From positions 128,001 through 192,000 of the forward strand of contig CAVZQN010000006.1 in NCBI GenBank assembly GCA_963777505.1: a DNA stretch of 64,000 bases, given 5' to 3'. This DNA is from an uncultured bacterium (lineage in GTDB: Bacteria; Acidobacteriota; HRBIN11; JAKEFK01). The position numbers and the translations under genes were made by a program. Shown one piece after another: positions 51,507-60,906 of this stretch. Below the pieces are notes generated by a model. It was not told the origin of the DNA, did no database searches, and saw only the letters and a list, made by a program, of their open reading frames with translations. Numbering within the stretch: the first letter of the stretch is position 1; every line of letters begins with the position of its first letter.

Positions 51507-52324
51507 CTAAACTCCTCACGTGTGTATGTAAACGTTACGCGGAACGCCAGATCAGGTTCAAGCCATTGATTTGGAAGAGGTGGAAACGGTGCGGAACTTA
51601 AAACAGCACTTTCGGCAGAACGGTCCAACGTTGGAATTCCACTTCCGCGCTCAATTTTTACGTCTCGTACTTGTCCGGCACGCGTAATTATAAAAATTAC
51701 TACACAATTATATTGTTGGGGCGTGGTCTCCATGACATAGGGCTTTACCCATTTCAATTCAATCTTCTGCAAGACATTTTCTATATACCAGGGAAATGGA
51801 AAAGGTGTACCTCCCGCTCCAAATCCACCTGAGCCATCACCGGTCCCAGCTGTAGCGATTCCGAATTGACCGCTTCCACTGGTTCCAGACTTTCCGGAAT
51901 CTTTTTTCGTATCGGTTCCAGTACCAAACGGTCCTTCTGTTTTCCGGTCTTTTTGATTCAGTGTTGCCTTTTCGGTAGGTTCATCCTTCTTTGTTGGCTT
52001 TTCTTCCGGCAGCGTTAGCTTTGATTCGGGTTGCACTTCATCCGGTTCGGTAACTTTTTTAATTAATTTCGGCGGAGCTGGTTCTGTTTCTGCAACAGGT
52101 TTCGGAGAAGGTGGGCCTAATTTTCCTTTATTAAAATCTATTACGCCGATTACATTACCGCCGGTGCCGCCCGGCCCGCCATAAATATTTCTATCGCTCT
52201 TTGGAAGGATATAGGGTGCGACCAGGACAAAAAGCAAACCGATCGCGTGAGCAGCGATTGACATCACAAGCATAAAGGGAAACGAATTCTGAGGTTGACT
52301 GATTGCGATGCTCGAGTTGCTCAT
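51503..52324 (-). CDS. tolA: TolA/TonB-like energy transducer
   Basis: TM with S-x3-H (SIAAH), Pro/Lys/Gly-rich linker, TonB-like C-domain; position between tolR and tolB. Confidence 0.8.
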   Translation of the reverse strand: MSNSSIAISQPQNSFPFMLVMSIAAHAIGLLFVLVAPYILPKSDRNIYGGPGGTGGNVIGVIDFNKGKLGPPSPKPVAETEPAPPKLIKKVTEPDEVQPESKLTLPEEKPTKKDEPTEKATLNQKDRKTEGPFGTGTDTKKDSGKSGTSGSGQFGIATAGTGDGSGGFGAGGTPFPFPWYIENVLQKIELKWVKPYVMETTPQQYNCVVIFIITRAGQVRDVKIERGSGIPTLDRSAESAVLSSAPFPPLPNQWLEPDLAFRVTFTYTREEFR

Positions 52325-52758
52325 TTCCTTTTCTTCTTTTTTGTCTCTTCGCGCGGCGTTTCTGTAACCAATCCAACCGTTGGAACTCCGGCTCTTTTTA
52401 TTTGATCCATCGTCTGCATTACTATTCCGTATTCTAATTTCTGATCAGCCCTTAAAAATACAGCATCAGGATTTTTCATTTTTGCCGTACGTTTTTGAAT
52501 CTGTTCGCGAAGATCCTCCATCGGTATTTGGACGTCATCAATGAAGACTTTGCCGTCTTTACCGACAGAAACAACTAATCTTTCTTCATTTTCTGCTGTT
52601 TGAGTTGCCGTTCTTGGAAGATCGACATCAATACCACGCTGCATCATTGGCGCAGTAACCATGAAGATGATCAAAAGTACGAGTACAACATCAACCAGTG
52701 GAGTGACATTGATGTCCGCCATCGCGGAGCCAAATTTGCGGTCTGCAGTGAAAGCCAT
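52321..52758 (-). CDS. tolR: TolR/ExbD
   Basis: INVTPLVDVVLVLLIIFMVTAP, LRAD. Confidence 0.93.
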   Translation of the reverse strand: MAFTADRKFGSAMADINVTPLVDVVLVLLIIFMVTAPMMQRGIDVDLPRTATQTAENEERLVVSVGKDGKVFIDDVQIPMEDLREQIQKRTAKMKNPDAVFLRADQKLEYGIVMQTMDQIKRAGVPTVGLVTETPREETKKKKRK

Positions 52759-52759
52759 A

Positions 52760-53494
52760 TTATTTCGCAAAAAGGTGATGCCGTTCCGCGAATGTCATCA
52801 GCTCCATGGAGAATTCTTCCATCTCTGAACCGAAAGCTCGAATTTGATGGACAAAGTAGTTGTAGCCGATAACAGCAGGTATAGCCGCAGCGAGTCCCAT
52901 CGCAGTTGCAATCAATGCTTCTGCAATTCCAGGTGCAACAACGGAAAGATCTGTACTTCGCGCTCCTGCAATTGATTCAAATGCATTGATAATTCCCCAT
53001 ACCGTTCCAAACAATCCTATAAATGGAGTGGCACTTGCAGTGGTTGCAAGAAAGGAAAGATTTTTTTCAAGCTTCGTTTGTTCGCTCAAGCCGGCACGTG
53101 TAACCGCACGATCAAGCATTTCTTGTGACATGATGGCGGAAGTTTTGGTGCTGCCGGTTCCTGGAGTATCCATTCGCGAATGTTGTTGAATTTCGTGAAA
53201 CACCATTAAAAACATTTTTGCAAAGATACTGCTTCGATATCTCAATGCTGTATTTGCAAGTTCATTCATTGAAGTGCTTTTCTTGAAGAGCCTGTAAAAC
53301 TGACCATTCTGATTTTTTGTGCGGCGCATCGCAAAAAAGCGGTCAGCAATAATTGCCCAGGACACAATTGAGAAAAATAGAAGCAGAACTAAAACGCCTT
53401 TTGAAACCGGTCCGGAGCGGGCGATGACATTCAGGATTGATGTGTCCACCCCCTCGACTGCTTGCATTAAGAAAGAAGTTAATAAGAATCTCAA
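52760..53494 (-). CDS. tolQ: TolQ/ExbB proton channel
   Basis: TPFIGLFGTVWGI, VAPGIAEALIATAMGL.AAIPA. Confidence 0.94.
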   Translation of the reverse strand: MRFLLTSFLMQAVEGVDTSILNVIARSGPVSKGVLVLLLFFSIVSWAIIADRFFAMRRTKNQNGQFYRLFKKSTSMNELANTALRYRSSIFAKMFLMVFHEIQQHSRMDTPGTGSTKTSAIMSQEMLDRAVTRAGLSEQTKLEKNLSFLATTASATPFIGLFGTVWGIINAFESIAGARSTDLSVVAPGIAEALIATAMGLAAAIPAVIGYNYFVHQIRAFGSEMEEFSMELMTFAERHHLFAK

Positions 53495-53546
53495 AAAGGA
53501 TCCTCCAGTATCTGAATTCCCCCCTGATACTTCTTATTAACGCATC

Positions 53547-53575
53547 AATCTATCAGAGGCTTTCAGGAGAGTCAA
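53547..53575 (-). promoter_or_regulatory. Candidate sigma70 promoter of the tol-pal operon
   Basis: TTGACT-17 bp-TAGATT with an extended -10 TG. Confidence 0.55.
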
Positions 53576-53685
53576 CGATGAGCAACATTCCCCGCAAGTA
53601 TCGTTGCTCCTTGAAAGTAAATGTAACGCTTTCCTCAAGTTTTTCAATAGAAATCTGTCTTCTAAATCTTTTAGACACAGATCCG

Positions 53686-53703
53686 AACCGCTAAGACGAA
53701 GAG
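53686..53703 (-). repeat. Junction repeat family A copy (CTCTTCGTCTTAGCGGTT on the minus strand)
   Basis: Degenerate copy downstream of the metallopeptidase gene. Confidence 0.5.
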
Positions 53704-53717
53704 AGTTTCGCAGCAAA

Positions 53718-53737
53718 GGGCACGGCGAACCGTGCCC
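53718..53737. repeat. REP-like palindrome GGGCACGG-CGAA-CCGTGCCC (may also act as a terminator)
   Basis: Perfect 8-bp stem with GTAGGGG nearby, resembling GTAG-family REP elements. Confidence 0.6.
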
Positions 53738-53758
53738 CGCTGCATCTTGTAGGGGTGA

Positions 53759-54937
53759 TTAGTTCTTTTTCTTAAGTTTAAGATCCTCAAACGTAACTCT
53801 TGGTATATTACTCAAAGTCGAAATTCGCGATGAGCGTCGATTCGTAAAATCCTGGCAGAGATATAAGAATTCAGAAGGCATCATCGCAGTTTGATTTGAG
53901 CTCTTTCCGATTTGCCCACCGCGGTAATAGATGCGCATCCATTCATTAACGCCTCCACGAAGATTATTAGTCTTGTCATCAAATCGCTGATTCAGATTAA
54001 ATCTGACCCCGGTTTGAAGAACACCATTGTTATTCCAATCTACGCGAGAAGTTGCATCAAATACTTCCAAAAATGATTCAAAGTCGGGAGTGAACCACCA
54101 CCGCGCTCCATAATAGACTCCATCGAAGAACAATCTTGAACCCATTCCAATATTCTCATTTAAGTTATTCTCATTGAGATTGGGTCCTGCAAAGCGAGCG
54201 TAATCATATAAGTAGTAGAGGCCATCATTTGGGACATCAATTGGAATACCTTCAGTCTGATAGGCGTAGCTCATAACGCTCAGATGGTTCGGCTTATTTG
54301 AGACGTGATCATTTCCGCCATGCATCAGTCCAAGATTGTGACCCAGTTCGTGAAGGAATGTTCCGGCTTGAGTCCACTTGAAATTCGCCGGGTTTGGATA
54401 GTTGAACCATCCTGGATCTCCCAACGATACGATAGAATCACTTGCACCCTGTCGAAAGGCCGCGCCATTGCGCGAAAGTCCTGAAATACTTGTAACTTCC
54501 CCTGTTGAAATATCTCCGAGTGCTCCTGCAAAAAGAGAATAATGATGTGTGCTTCTTAATGACGCAGGGAAATAGCGGCCCTTGATAGCATCAAATTGTT
54601 CCCAGGTAAAAATAACGCCATCGGATCCGGTCGTTCTAATCGGTGGACCAATTTGAATGTGAAGTGTAATTCCAGTAGTTCCATCAGGATTGTTTACTGG
54701 AGCCGTAGAAAAAACGGCTTTTGCGATGCTGACGAAATTTCCCCTGGGCCGGAGATTCTTTCCGTTCCAGATCATGTAATTGATGTAAACAAAAATATCT
54801 TTGTGAGTTGGACTTGATCCTAATCGCAGTTCGACATCATCTGTCAGGCCATCGGCATCAGTGTCTGCTGCAAAAGCTGGTAGTGAACTTAAAAGAAGAA
54901 AACAAATGGAGAAGAATACCCCTCGTGCATAGGTCAT
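53759..54937 (-). CDS. Secreted zinc metallopeptidase (metzincin-like)
   Basis: Signal peptide from ATG 54937 (GGAGG), DTDADGLTD Ca-binding-type motif, HELGHNLGLMH, Met-turn SVMSY. Confidence 0.82.
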   Translation of the reverse strand: MTYARGVFFSICFLLLSSLPAFAADTDADGLTDDVELRLGSSPTHKDIFVYINYMIWNGKNLRPRGNFVSIAKAVFSTAPVNNPDGTTGITLHIQIGPPIRTTGSDGVIFTWEQFDAIKGRYFPASLRSTHHYSLFAGALGDISTGEVTSISGLSRNGAAFRQGASDSIVSLGDPGWFNYPNPANFKWTQAGTFLHELGHNLGLMHGGNDHVSNKPNHLSVMSYAYQTEGIPIDVPNDGLYYLYDYARFAGPNLNENNLNENIGMGSRLFFDGVYYGARWWFTPDFESFLEVFDATSRVDWNNNGVLQTGVRFNLNQRFDDKTNNLRGGVNEWMRIYYRGGQIGKSSNQTAMMPSEFLYLCQDFTNRRSSRISTLSNIPRVTFEDLKLKKKN

Positions 54938-55054
54938 CGGTCCCAATACCTCCGCAGGAAGAATGTTACTCGATTCAGGCTGGAACACCAAATGTCAAAA
55001 TATTATTTTGTATACTCAGTGTTGTTCGCATCCTTTCATGGTTAAATTTCATCT

Positions 55055-57109
55055 ATGGAACATTCTGTAAAAAAGTATCGGCTTGAATCGCAGAAACGAA
55101 CGCTCGAGAAGCGCGTCAATTATGAAGCCGAGCTGAATCCGCAACAGTTAGAGGTCGTAGTGGCTGGTGATGGTCCGGTTCTCGTAATTGCCGGAGCCGG
55201 CAGCGGCAAAACCAGAACAATTACCTACAGGGTTTCCTGGCTTTTAGAATCAGGAGTGAATCCATCCGAGATTCTGCTTTTAACATTTACAAATAAAGCA
55301 TCGCGCGAGATGTTGCATCGTGTTGCGCTTTTAACGCAAGTGGATGTGCGCCAGCTCTGGGGCGGCACTTTTCATCATGTTGGAAATATGATCTTGCGTC
55401 CAAATGCGCGGCACCTGGAATTGAATTCGAATTTCGGCATTCTTGATCAAGGTGATTCAAAGGATCTGATTACTGCGTCCGTTACAGATTTACACGGTGA
55501 AAAAAGGAACAAACAATTCCCATCTTCCGATGTGCTGCAGGATATGATTAGTTATTCTATCAATACAACGAATGAATTAGAATCTGTTATCAGTTTACGA
55601 TATCCACATTTCAAGCCGTTAACAACGGCAATTCTGGCGGTTGCGGAACGCTATGCCAGAAAGAAAAAGGAAATGAATGCTGTCGATTACGATGATCTTT
55701 TGCTTGGATGCAAGTATTTGCTGGAAAGTCAGCCTGAAATCCGGAAATATTATTCAACAAGATTCAAGCACATCCTAGTAGATGAATATCAAGATACAAA
55801 TAAACTTCAGGCGGATTTTGTTGATCTGCTCGCATCGGAACACAAAAATGTGATGGTTGTTGGAGATGATGGTCAGAGCATTTACTCATTTCGCGGCGCT
55901 AATTTTGCGAACATCATGGAGTTTCCGGAACGCTATTCTGGCACACGAATGTTTCGGCTCGAGCTGAACTATCGGAGTACACCAGAAGTCCTGAATCTTG
56001 CCAACGACATTATTGCAAATAATTCATATCAATTTCCGAAAAAGCTTTCTGCTGCCAGGACAAGCCTTCAATGGAAGCCTGCAGTTGTTCCGCTTCGCGA
56101 TGCATCGCAGCAAGCCGATTTTGTCGCACAAAGAATTCTGGAACTTAGTGAAGAAGAAGATGTACCGCTGAGCGAAATTGCGGTCTTATATAGAGCTCAT
56201 TTTCATTCAATGGAACTGCAGCTTGAACTGAGCCGGCGCGGAATCCCTTTCATGATTACATCGGGTGTTCGCTTTTTTGAGCAACGACATATCAAAGATG
56301 TAATCGCGTATCTGAAAGTATTATTGAACCCCTATGATGAACTTTCCTGGAAACGGATCATGTTATTAATTCCAGGAATAGGAAATAAAACTGCTGAGAA
56401 AATATGGCTTCGACTGCGTACATCATCGACACCAGTTTCTGCTGTGAATGAAGTTCTGAGTGAAGTTCCTCGCGCATCTCGTTCAGCATGGACTCAGTTT
56501 GCACAACTGATGTCTGAACTTTCACACGAAGGTTTTCTTCAAATGCCTTCAGCAGCCATGGAACATGTATTTAAACATGGCTATGAAAAATATTTGGAAT
56601 CCAAATTTCCGGATTATGCTAACCGCCGGGAAGATGTTCATCAGATGAGTAATTTTGCGATGCAGTTTGAGACGCTCGAAAAATTCTTAACCGAACTTTC
56701 GTTGTTTGGACAAATTGAATCGGAAGAAGCCGCAGGTGAGTCACCACAAGAAAAGATCCGTTTATCCACAATTCATCAGGCGAAAGGATTGGAATGGCAG
56801 GCGGTCTTTGTTATTTATCTTGTAGATGGGCGCTTTCCTTCGTATTACTCCTTAAAGGATCAGGGCGATTTGGAAGAAGAACGACGACTCTTCTATGTCG
56901 CTTCAACAAGAGCTAAGAATCATCTCTATTTAACATATGTTTTATTCTCTGAAAGCTTTGCCCAAGGACCTAATTTCCATCGACCCTCGACCTTTCTAAA
57001 GGAATTGAATCGCGAACACTATGACTTGTGGCAAATTGATGATTCTCTCAGTTCAGATTTTGGATTGCCAGAATTCGTCCGCGACGATGCTTCCGATTAT
57101 TTTCAATAA
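55055..57109 (+). CDS. UvrD/PcrA/Rep family ATP-dependent DNA helicase
   Basis: AGAGSGKT, TFTNKA, VDEYQD, GDDGQSIYSFRGA, NYRS, HQAKGLEW, EERRLFYVASTRA. Confidence 0.96.
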   Translation: MEHSVKKYRLESQKRTLEKRVNYEAELNPQQLEVVVAGDGPVLVIAGAGSGKTRTITYRVSWLLESGVNPSEILLLTFTNKASREMLHRVALLTQVDVRQLWGGTFHHVGNMILRPNARHLELNSNFGILDQGDSKDLITASVTDLHGEKRNKQFPSSDVLQDMISYSINTTNELESVISLRYPHFKPLTTAILAVAERYARKKKEMNAVDYDDLLLGCKYLLESQPEIRKYYSTRFKHILVDEYQDTNKLQADFVDLLASEHKNVMVVGDDGQSIYSFRGANFANIMEFPERYSGTRMFRLELNYRSTPEVLNLANDIIANNSYQFPKKLSAARTSLQWKPAVVPLRDASQQADFVAQRILELSEEEDVPLSEIAVLYRAHFHSMELQLELSRRGIPFMITSGVRFFEQRHIKDVIAYLKVLLNPYDELSWKRIMLLIPGIGNKTAEKIWLRLRTSSTPVSAVNEVLSEVPRASRSAWTQFAQLMSELSHEGFLQMPSAAMEHVFKHGYEKYLESKFPDYANRREDVHQMSNFAMQFETLEKFLTELSLFGQIESEEAAGESPQEKIRLSTIHQAKGLEWQAVFVIYLVDGRFPSYYSLKDQGDLEEERRLFYVASTRAKNHLYLTYVLFSESFAQGPNFHRPSTFLKELNREHYDLWQIDDSLSSDFGLPEFVRDDASDYFQ

Positions 57110-57164
57110 CCTGTCGACTCCTAAAAACGCCTTGAAATTGAACTTCTTACGGCTTACCTTACCT

Positions 57165-57290
57165 CAAGTGCCTGTTATTCCAGTCTTAAGATTGGAATTA
57201 GCAGGTTCAAGAATCTCATGAACGTCTTTGGTTGGTATCGGGTGTTTAGTCCGGCGGACGGACTGTAACCTTTTGACGGCAGAGCACTTG
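57165..57290. ncRNA. Candidate structured RNA of unknown family
   Basis: Terminal CAAGTGC/GCACTTG pairing and internal hairpins at 57171-57205, 57205-57223 and 57248-57264; no known motif recognised. Confidence 0.3.
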
Positions 57291-57302
57291 GTATGATACA
57301 AT
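57273..57302 (+). promoter_or_regulatory. Candidate sigma70 promoter for the Zn-ribbon gene and lpxC
   Basis: TTGACG-18 bp-TACAAT with an extended -10 TG. Confidence 0.55.
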
Positions 57303-57345
57303 CACGCGTTTTACGGGTTCGTTACGACCTGCTACAAGTTGATGT

Positions 57346-57852
57346 ATGGTGCTAGTTTGCGAGCATTGCGCTAAAAAAGGGTTACTGGACGAACTGACGT
57401 ATTCGGGCAAAAGGCTCAGATTGCGTTGCCCTTATTGTTCCAGGGAATTCATTTATTTCGTTCCCTCCAATGGCCACGATGTGGCAGCAGAAAGTTCCCC
57501 AACAATACATTCGGGGAACGGTCGGCTGGACCACACAGTAGTTGAGCCGTCAGTCTCTGCGGAGCCACCGGCTTCGCCGCAAGATGCAGGTGTTGTTCAG
57601 CAGGCGGAAGTCGATGATAGTTTGATTCAAGAAGCAAAAAGAATTGCCAGGCTCATAATTTCAGAGATCAAGCTGTATAATCAGGAAAAAATAGCAAAAG
57701 CAAGAAATAAGCGGGAGGTTCTCGAGCTGTTGAGAAGTGATTTGATTCGAGGAAAACAGCATTACAATACCCGCATTGCGTCCAAATTGCCAATGGGGCC
57801 TGACTATTTCATGGAGTCCGTAAAAGACATTCTATTGACGGGGAAGAACTAA
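57346..57852 (+). CDS. Zinc-ribbon protein with an uncharacterised helical C-terminal domain
   Basis: CEHC...CPYC, low-complexity linker, EAKRIARLIISEIKLYNQEKI domain. Confidence 0.75.
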   Translation: MVLVCEHCAKKGLLDELTYSGKRLRLRCPYCSREFIYFVPSNGHDVAAESSPTIHSGNGRLDHTVVEPSVSAEPPASPQDAGVVQQAEVDDSLIQEAKRIARLIISEIKLYNQEKIAKARNKREVLELLRSDLIRGKQHYNTRIASKLPMGPDYFMESVKDILLTGKN

Positions 57853-57895
57853 CGAGCAGCGGGCAGAGGAATGCTCTGTCTGAGAAGGAGACGAA

Positions 57896-58801
57896 ATGGA
57901 GTATCAGAAAACAATCAAGCGAGCGATTGGCTGCAGCGGAATTGGTTTGCATTCAGGAAGATCCGTCAATCTTAGAATGCTACCTGCCGAAGCAAATACG
58001 GGTGTCATCTTTCGGAGAACGGATCTCGCAAATGCTGAAATCAAAGTCGTACAAGATTTCATAACTCAGGTACATTACGCTACTTCTATCAGCAATGGAA
58101 AAATTAAGCTCTTTACTGTTGAACATTTGCTCGCGGCACTGTACGGTTTAGGCGTTAATAACATCATTATAGAAATGAATTCGGATGAAGTTCCTATTTT
58201 AGATGGTAGTGCTTTGCCGTTTGTTGAAATGATAACCTCTGCGGAGATCGTACGTTTTAATAAACCGAACTATTTTCTACAGATTAATGAGCCCATTGAA
58301 GTCAGAGAAGGAGATCGTTATATCGCTGTTTATCCTTCTGATCATTTTGAAGTAAGTTATACAATTAGCTTTCCGCATCCCTGGCTTAAGAAACAACAGA
58401 AAACAATCCGCATTACAAGGGAGAGTTTCGTAAAACAACTTTCACCAGCGCGTACTTTCGGATTCTTAAATGAAATCGAGCAAATGAGAGCCAATAATCT
58501 TGCTCTTGGTGGTTCTCTTGAGAATGCAATTGTTCTTACTGAACATGGAATCCTAAATGAGCATCTTCGTTTTCCTGATGAGTTTGTGCGTCACAAAATT
58601 ATGGATTTAATCGGCGATCTTGCCTTGTTAAATAATCGCTTATTAGGTCATGTTGTTGCGTATAAAGCTGGCCATCATCTCCATTCAGAGCTTGTTTCGA
58701 GAATTTTGAATAACCCCTTGAAGTCAGAGCTTGTGCTTTGGCGTAACAAAGCTCGTCAAGTGCCAAAATTTGAGGTGCCTGTACCGGTATCGGCAGTTTA
58801 A
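57896..58801 (+). CDS. lpxC: UDP-3-O-acyl-N-acetylglucosamine deacetylase
   Basis: GIGLHSG, TVEHLLAAL, PILDGSA, ARTFGF, RHKIMDLIGDL, KAGH. Confidence 0.97.
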   Translation: MEYQKTIKRAIGCSGIGLHSGRSVNLRMLPAEANTGVIFRRTDLANAEIKVVQDFITQVHYATSISNGKIKLFTVEHLLAALYGLGVNNIIIEMNSDEVPILDGSALPFVEMITSAEIVRFNKPNYFLQINEPIEVREGDRYIAVYPSDHFEVSYTISFPHPWLKKQQKTIRITRESFVKQLSPARTFGFLNEIEQMRANNLALGGSLENAIVLTEHGILNEHLRFPDEFVRHKIMDLIGDLALLNNRLLGHVVAYKAGHHLHSELVSRILNNPLKSELVLWRNKARQVPKFEVPVPVSAV

Positions 58802-58856
58802 GCGGAGACGCGCCTCGAACATCTATTCATGTCACACCTAATAGGAGACTAATGTC

Positions 58857-60119
58857 ATGATTCCGGAACATTCAAATGGAAATGGTCTGTATGAAGAAAC
58901 GATGGCGCGATTCGATCGAGCCGCACAATTACTGGATATCGATCGCGGACTGTACAAAATTGTGCGTTATCCGATGCGTGAAGTAACAGTATATCTTCCG
59001 ATTCAAAGAGACGATGGAAGTATCGAAGTTTTTACTGGTTATAGAGTTCAGCACAGTATTGCACGCGGACCTGCAAAGGGTGGCATTCGATATACACCGC
59101 AGGTGAATCTTGATGAAGTTCGTGCTCTTGCAGCATGGATGACTTTGAAATGTGCGGTTGTGAATATTCCATTTGGTGGAGCAAAGGGTGGTATTCGTTG
59201 CGATCCGCGAACAATGTCAGAAAGAGAATTAGAAAAGTTGACCCGACGTTACACTGCAGAGATTCTTGAAATTCTTGGACCTGAAAAAGATGTTCCTGCT
59301 CCGGACATCAATACAAATGAACAAGTGATGGCCTGGATTATGGATACGTATAGTATGCATGCACGCCAGACGGTTACATCAGTTGTAACAGGGAAGCCGA
59401 TGAGTCTGGGTGGTTCAAAAGGGCGTCGTGAAGCAACCGGCCGTGGAATCATGATCATTGTTCAACAAGCTTCAAAATTGTTGAAAACCGAACTGGTTGG
59501 ATCGCGTGTTGTGATTCAGGGTTGCGGGAATGTCGGAAGTGTTGCGGCAAAATTACTTCAGGATATCGGCTGCAAAATTGTTGCAATTTCTGATATTCAA
59601 CATGGTATCTATAATCCTGATGGACTGGATGTCGATACATTGATTGAACATGTCCAAAAGAATCGTTTCATCGAGGGCTATAAAGGCGGAGAAATTATTG
59701 ATAATACCGCGTTGCTCGAATTGCCTTGCGATATTTTGATTCCTGCTGCAACCGAAGATCAGATTACTGAAAAGAATGCTTCGAAGATCCAGGCAAAACT
59801 GATTGTAGAAGGAGCCAATGGACCCACAACTCTTGGAGCAGAAGAAGTTTTATACAATCGAGGGATCAATGTAATTCCCGATATTCTTGCCAATGCCGGC
59901 GGCGTTACCGTTTCATACTTTGAATGGGTTCAGGACCGTATGGGTTATTTTTGGCGCGAAAGTGTAGTCAATGAAAGATTGGAAGATGTACTCGTTGCAA
60001 GTTTCCAGGAAGTTGCGGATTACGCGAGTCGTTTCAATGTGAACTTTCGAACTGCCGCCTATATGCTTGGAATTCAGCGCGTTGTTGATACCATCAAAAC
60101 CCGCGGCATTTACGCTTAG
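58857..60119 (+). CDS. gdhA: Glutamate dehydrogenase (Glu/Leu/Phe/Val family)
   Basis: [48 protein letters not shown]. Confidence 0.95.
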   Translation: MIPEHSNGNGLYEETMARFDRAAQLLDIDRGLYKIVRYPMREVTVYLPIQRDDGSIEVFTGYRVQHSIARGPAKGGIRYTPQVNLDEVRALAAWMTLKCAVVNIPFGGAKGGIRCDPRTMSERELEKLTRRYTAEILEILGPEKDVPAPDINTNEQVMAWIMDTYSMHARQTVTSVVTGKPMSLGGSKGRREATGRGIMIIVQQASKLLKTELVGSRVVIQGCGNVGSVAAKLLQDIGCKIVAISDIQHGIYNPDGLDVDTLIEHVQKNRFIEGYKGGEIIDNTALLELPCDILIPAATEDQITEKNASKIQAKLIVEGANGPTTLGAEEVLYNRGINVIPDILANAGGVTVSYFEWVQDRMGYFWRESVVNERLEDVLVASFQEVADYASRFNVNFRTAAYMLGIQRVVDTIKTRGIYA

Positions 60120-60134
60120 TGTCTTTGCGGTTAA
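60115..60134 (+). repeat. Junction repeat family A copy (CTTAGTGTCTTTGCGGTTAA)
   Basis: Contains the gdhA TAG and the probable pdxJ TAA on the other strand. Confidence 0.75.
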
Positions 60135-60872
60135 GAAAATAAGGGGCGAACCAAGCAGGGCTTTCATTTCACTCACAGCACGGTCCATTCCAACCATTAC
60201 CGCACGCGAAATGATATTGTGGCCGATATTGAGTTCTTCAATTTCTTCGATCATAACAATTGGCGTAACGTTGTAATACGTTAAACCATGCCCGCCATAC
60301 ACCTGAAAGCCGATTCTGTTTGCAAGCTGGGCTGCATTGCGGACTTTTTCAGTTTCACTTTCGATGAGTTCGGGGCTTCTTGCGTCCGAATATTTTCCAG
60401 TATTAATTTCAATCCGCATCGCGCCGGACTTCTGACATGCCTTAATTTGATCCAGATCAGGATCCACAAAAAGACTGACTGCAATACCAGCTTCTTGAAG
60501 TAATGTCGCGCTTCTTTGAATGTGCGTAATATTCAACGCAACATCTAATCCGCCTTCGGTTGTAATTTCCTCACGGCGCTCAGGAACAAGAGTAACCTGA
60601 TCTGGTTTTATCACGGCCATGAGTTTAATCATTTCTGTGGTTGCAGCCATTTCAACATTCAAGCGTGTTTTGATTGTCTCTCGCAGCAATCGGACATCGC
60701 GATCCTGAATATGTCTTCGATCTCCTCGAAGATGTACTGTAATTCCATCGGCTCCAGCAAATTCAGCAATTGCAGCGGCTGTAACCGGATCGGGTTCCGT
60801 TGTTTTGCGCGCTTCACGAATTGTCGCAATATGGTCGATATTCACACCCAGTCGTACGTTTCGATTATTCAT
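60131..60872 (-). CDS. pdxJ: Pyridoxine 5'-phosphate synthase; as sequenced it reads through to 59913, probably owing to a 1-bp insertion near 60150
   Basis: [51 protein letters not shown]. Confidence 0.93.
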
Positions 60873-60882
60873 GAGTTATTTT

Positions 60883-60901
60883 CTTGCGCCTTTGCGGTAA
60901 A
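60883..60901 (+). repeat. Junction repeat family A copy (CTTGCGCCTTTGCGGTAAA)
   Basis: Fills the glmM-pdxJ spacer, in antisense orientation relative to those genes. Confidence 0.72.
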
Positions 60902-60906
60902 TCAGC

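Noticed and set aside
56762-56770. Perfect DnaA box TTATCCACA
   Set aside because: It is a single copy inside the helicase CDS (LSTIH motif codons), with no cluster or AT-rich unwinding element, so it is not oriC.
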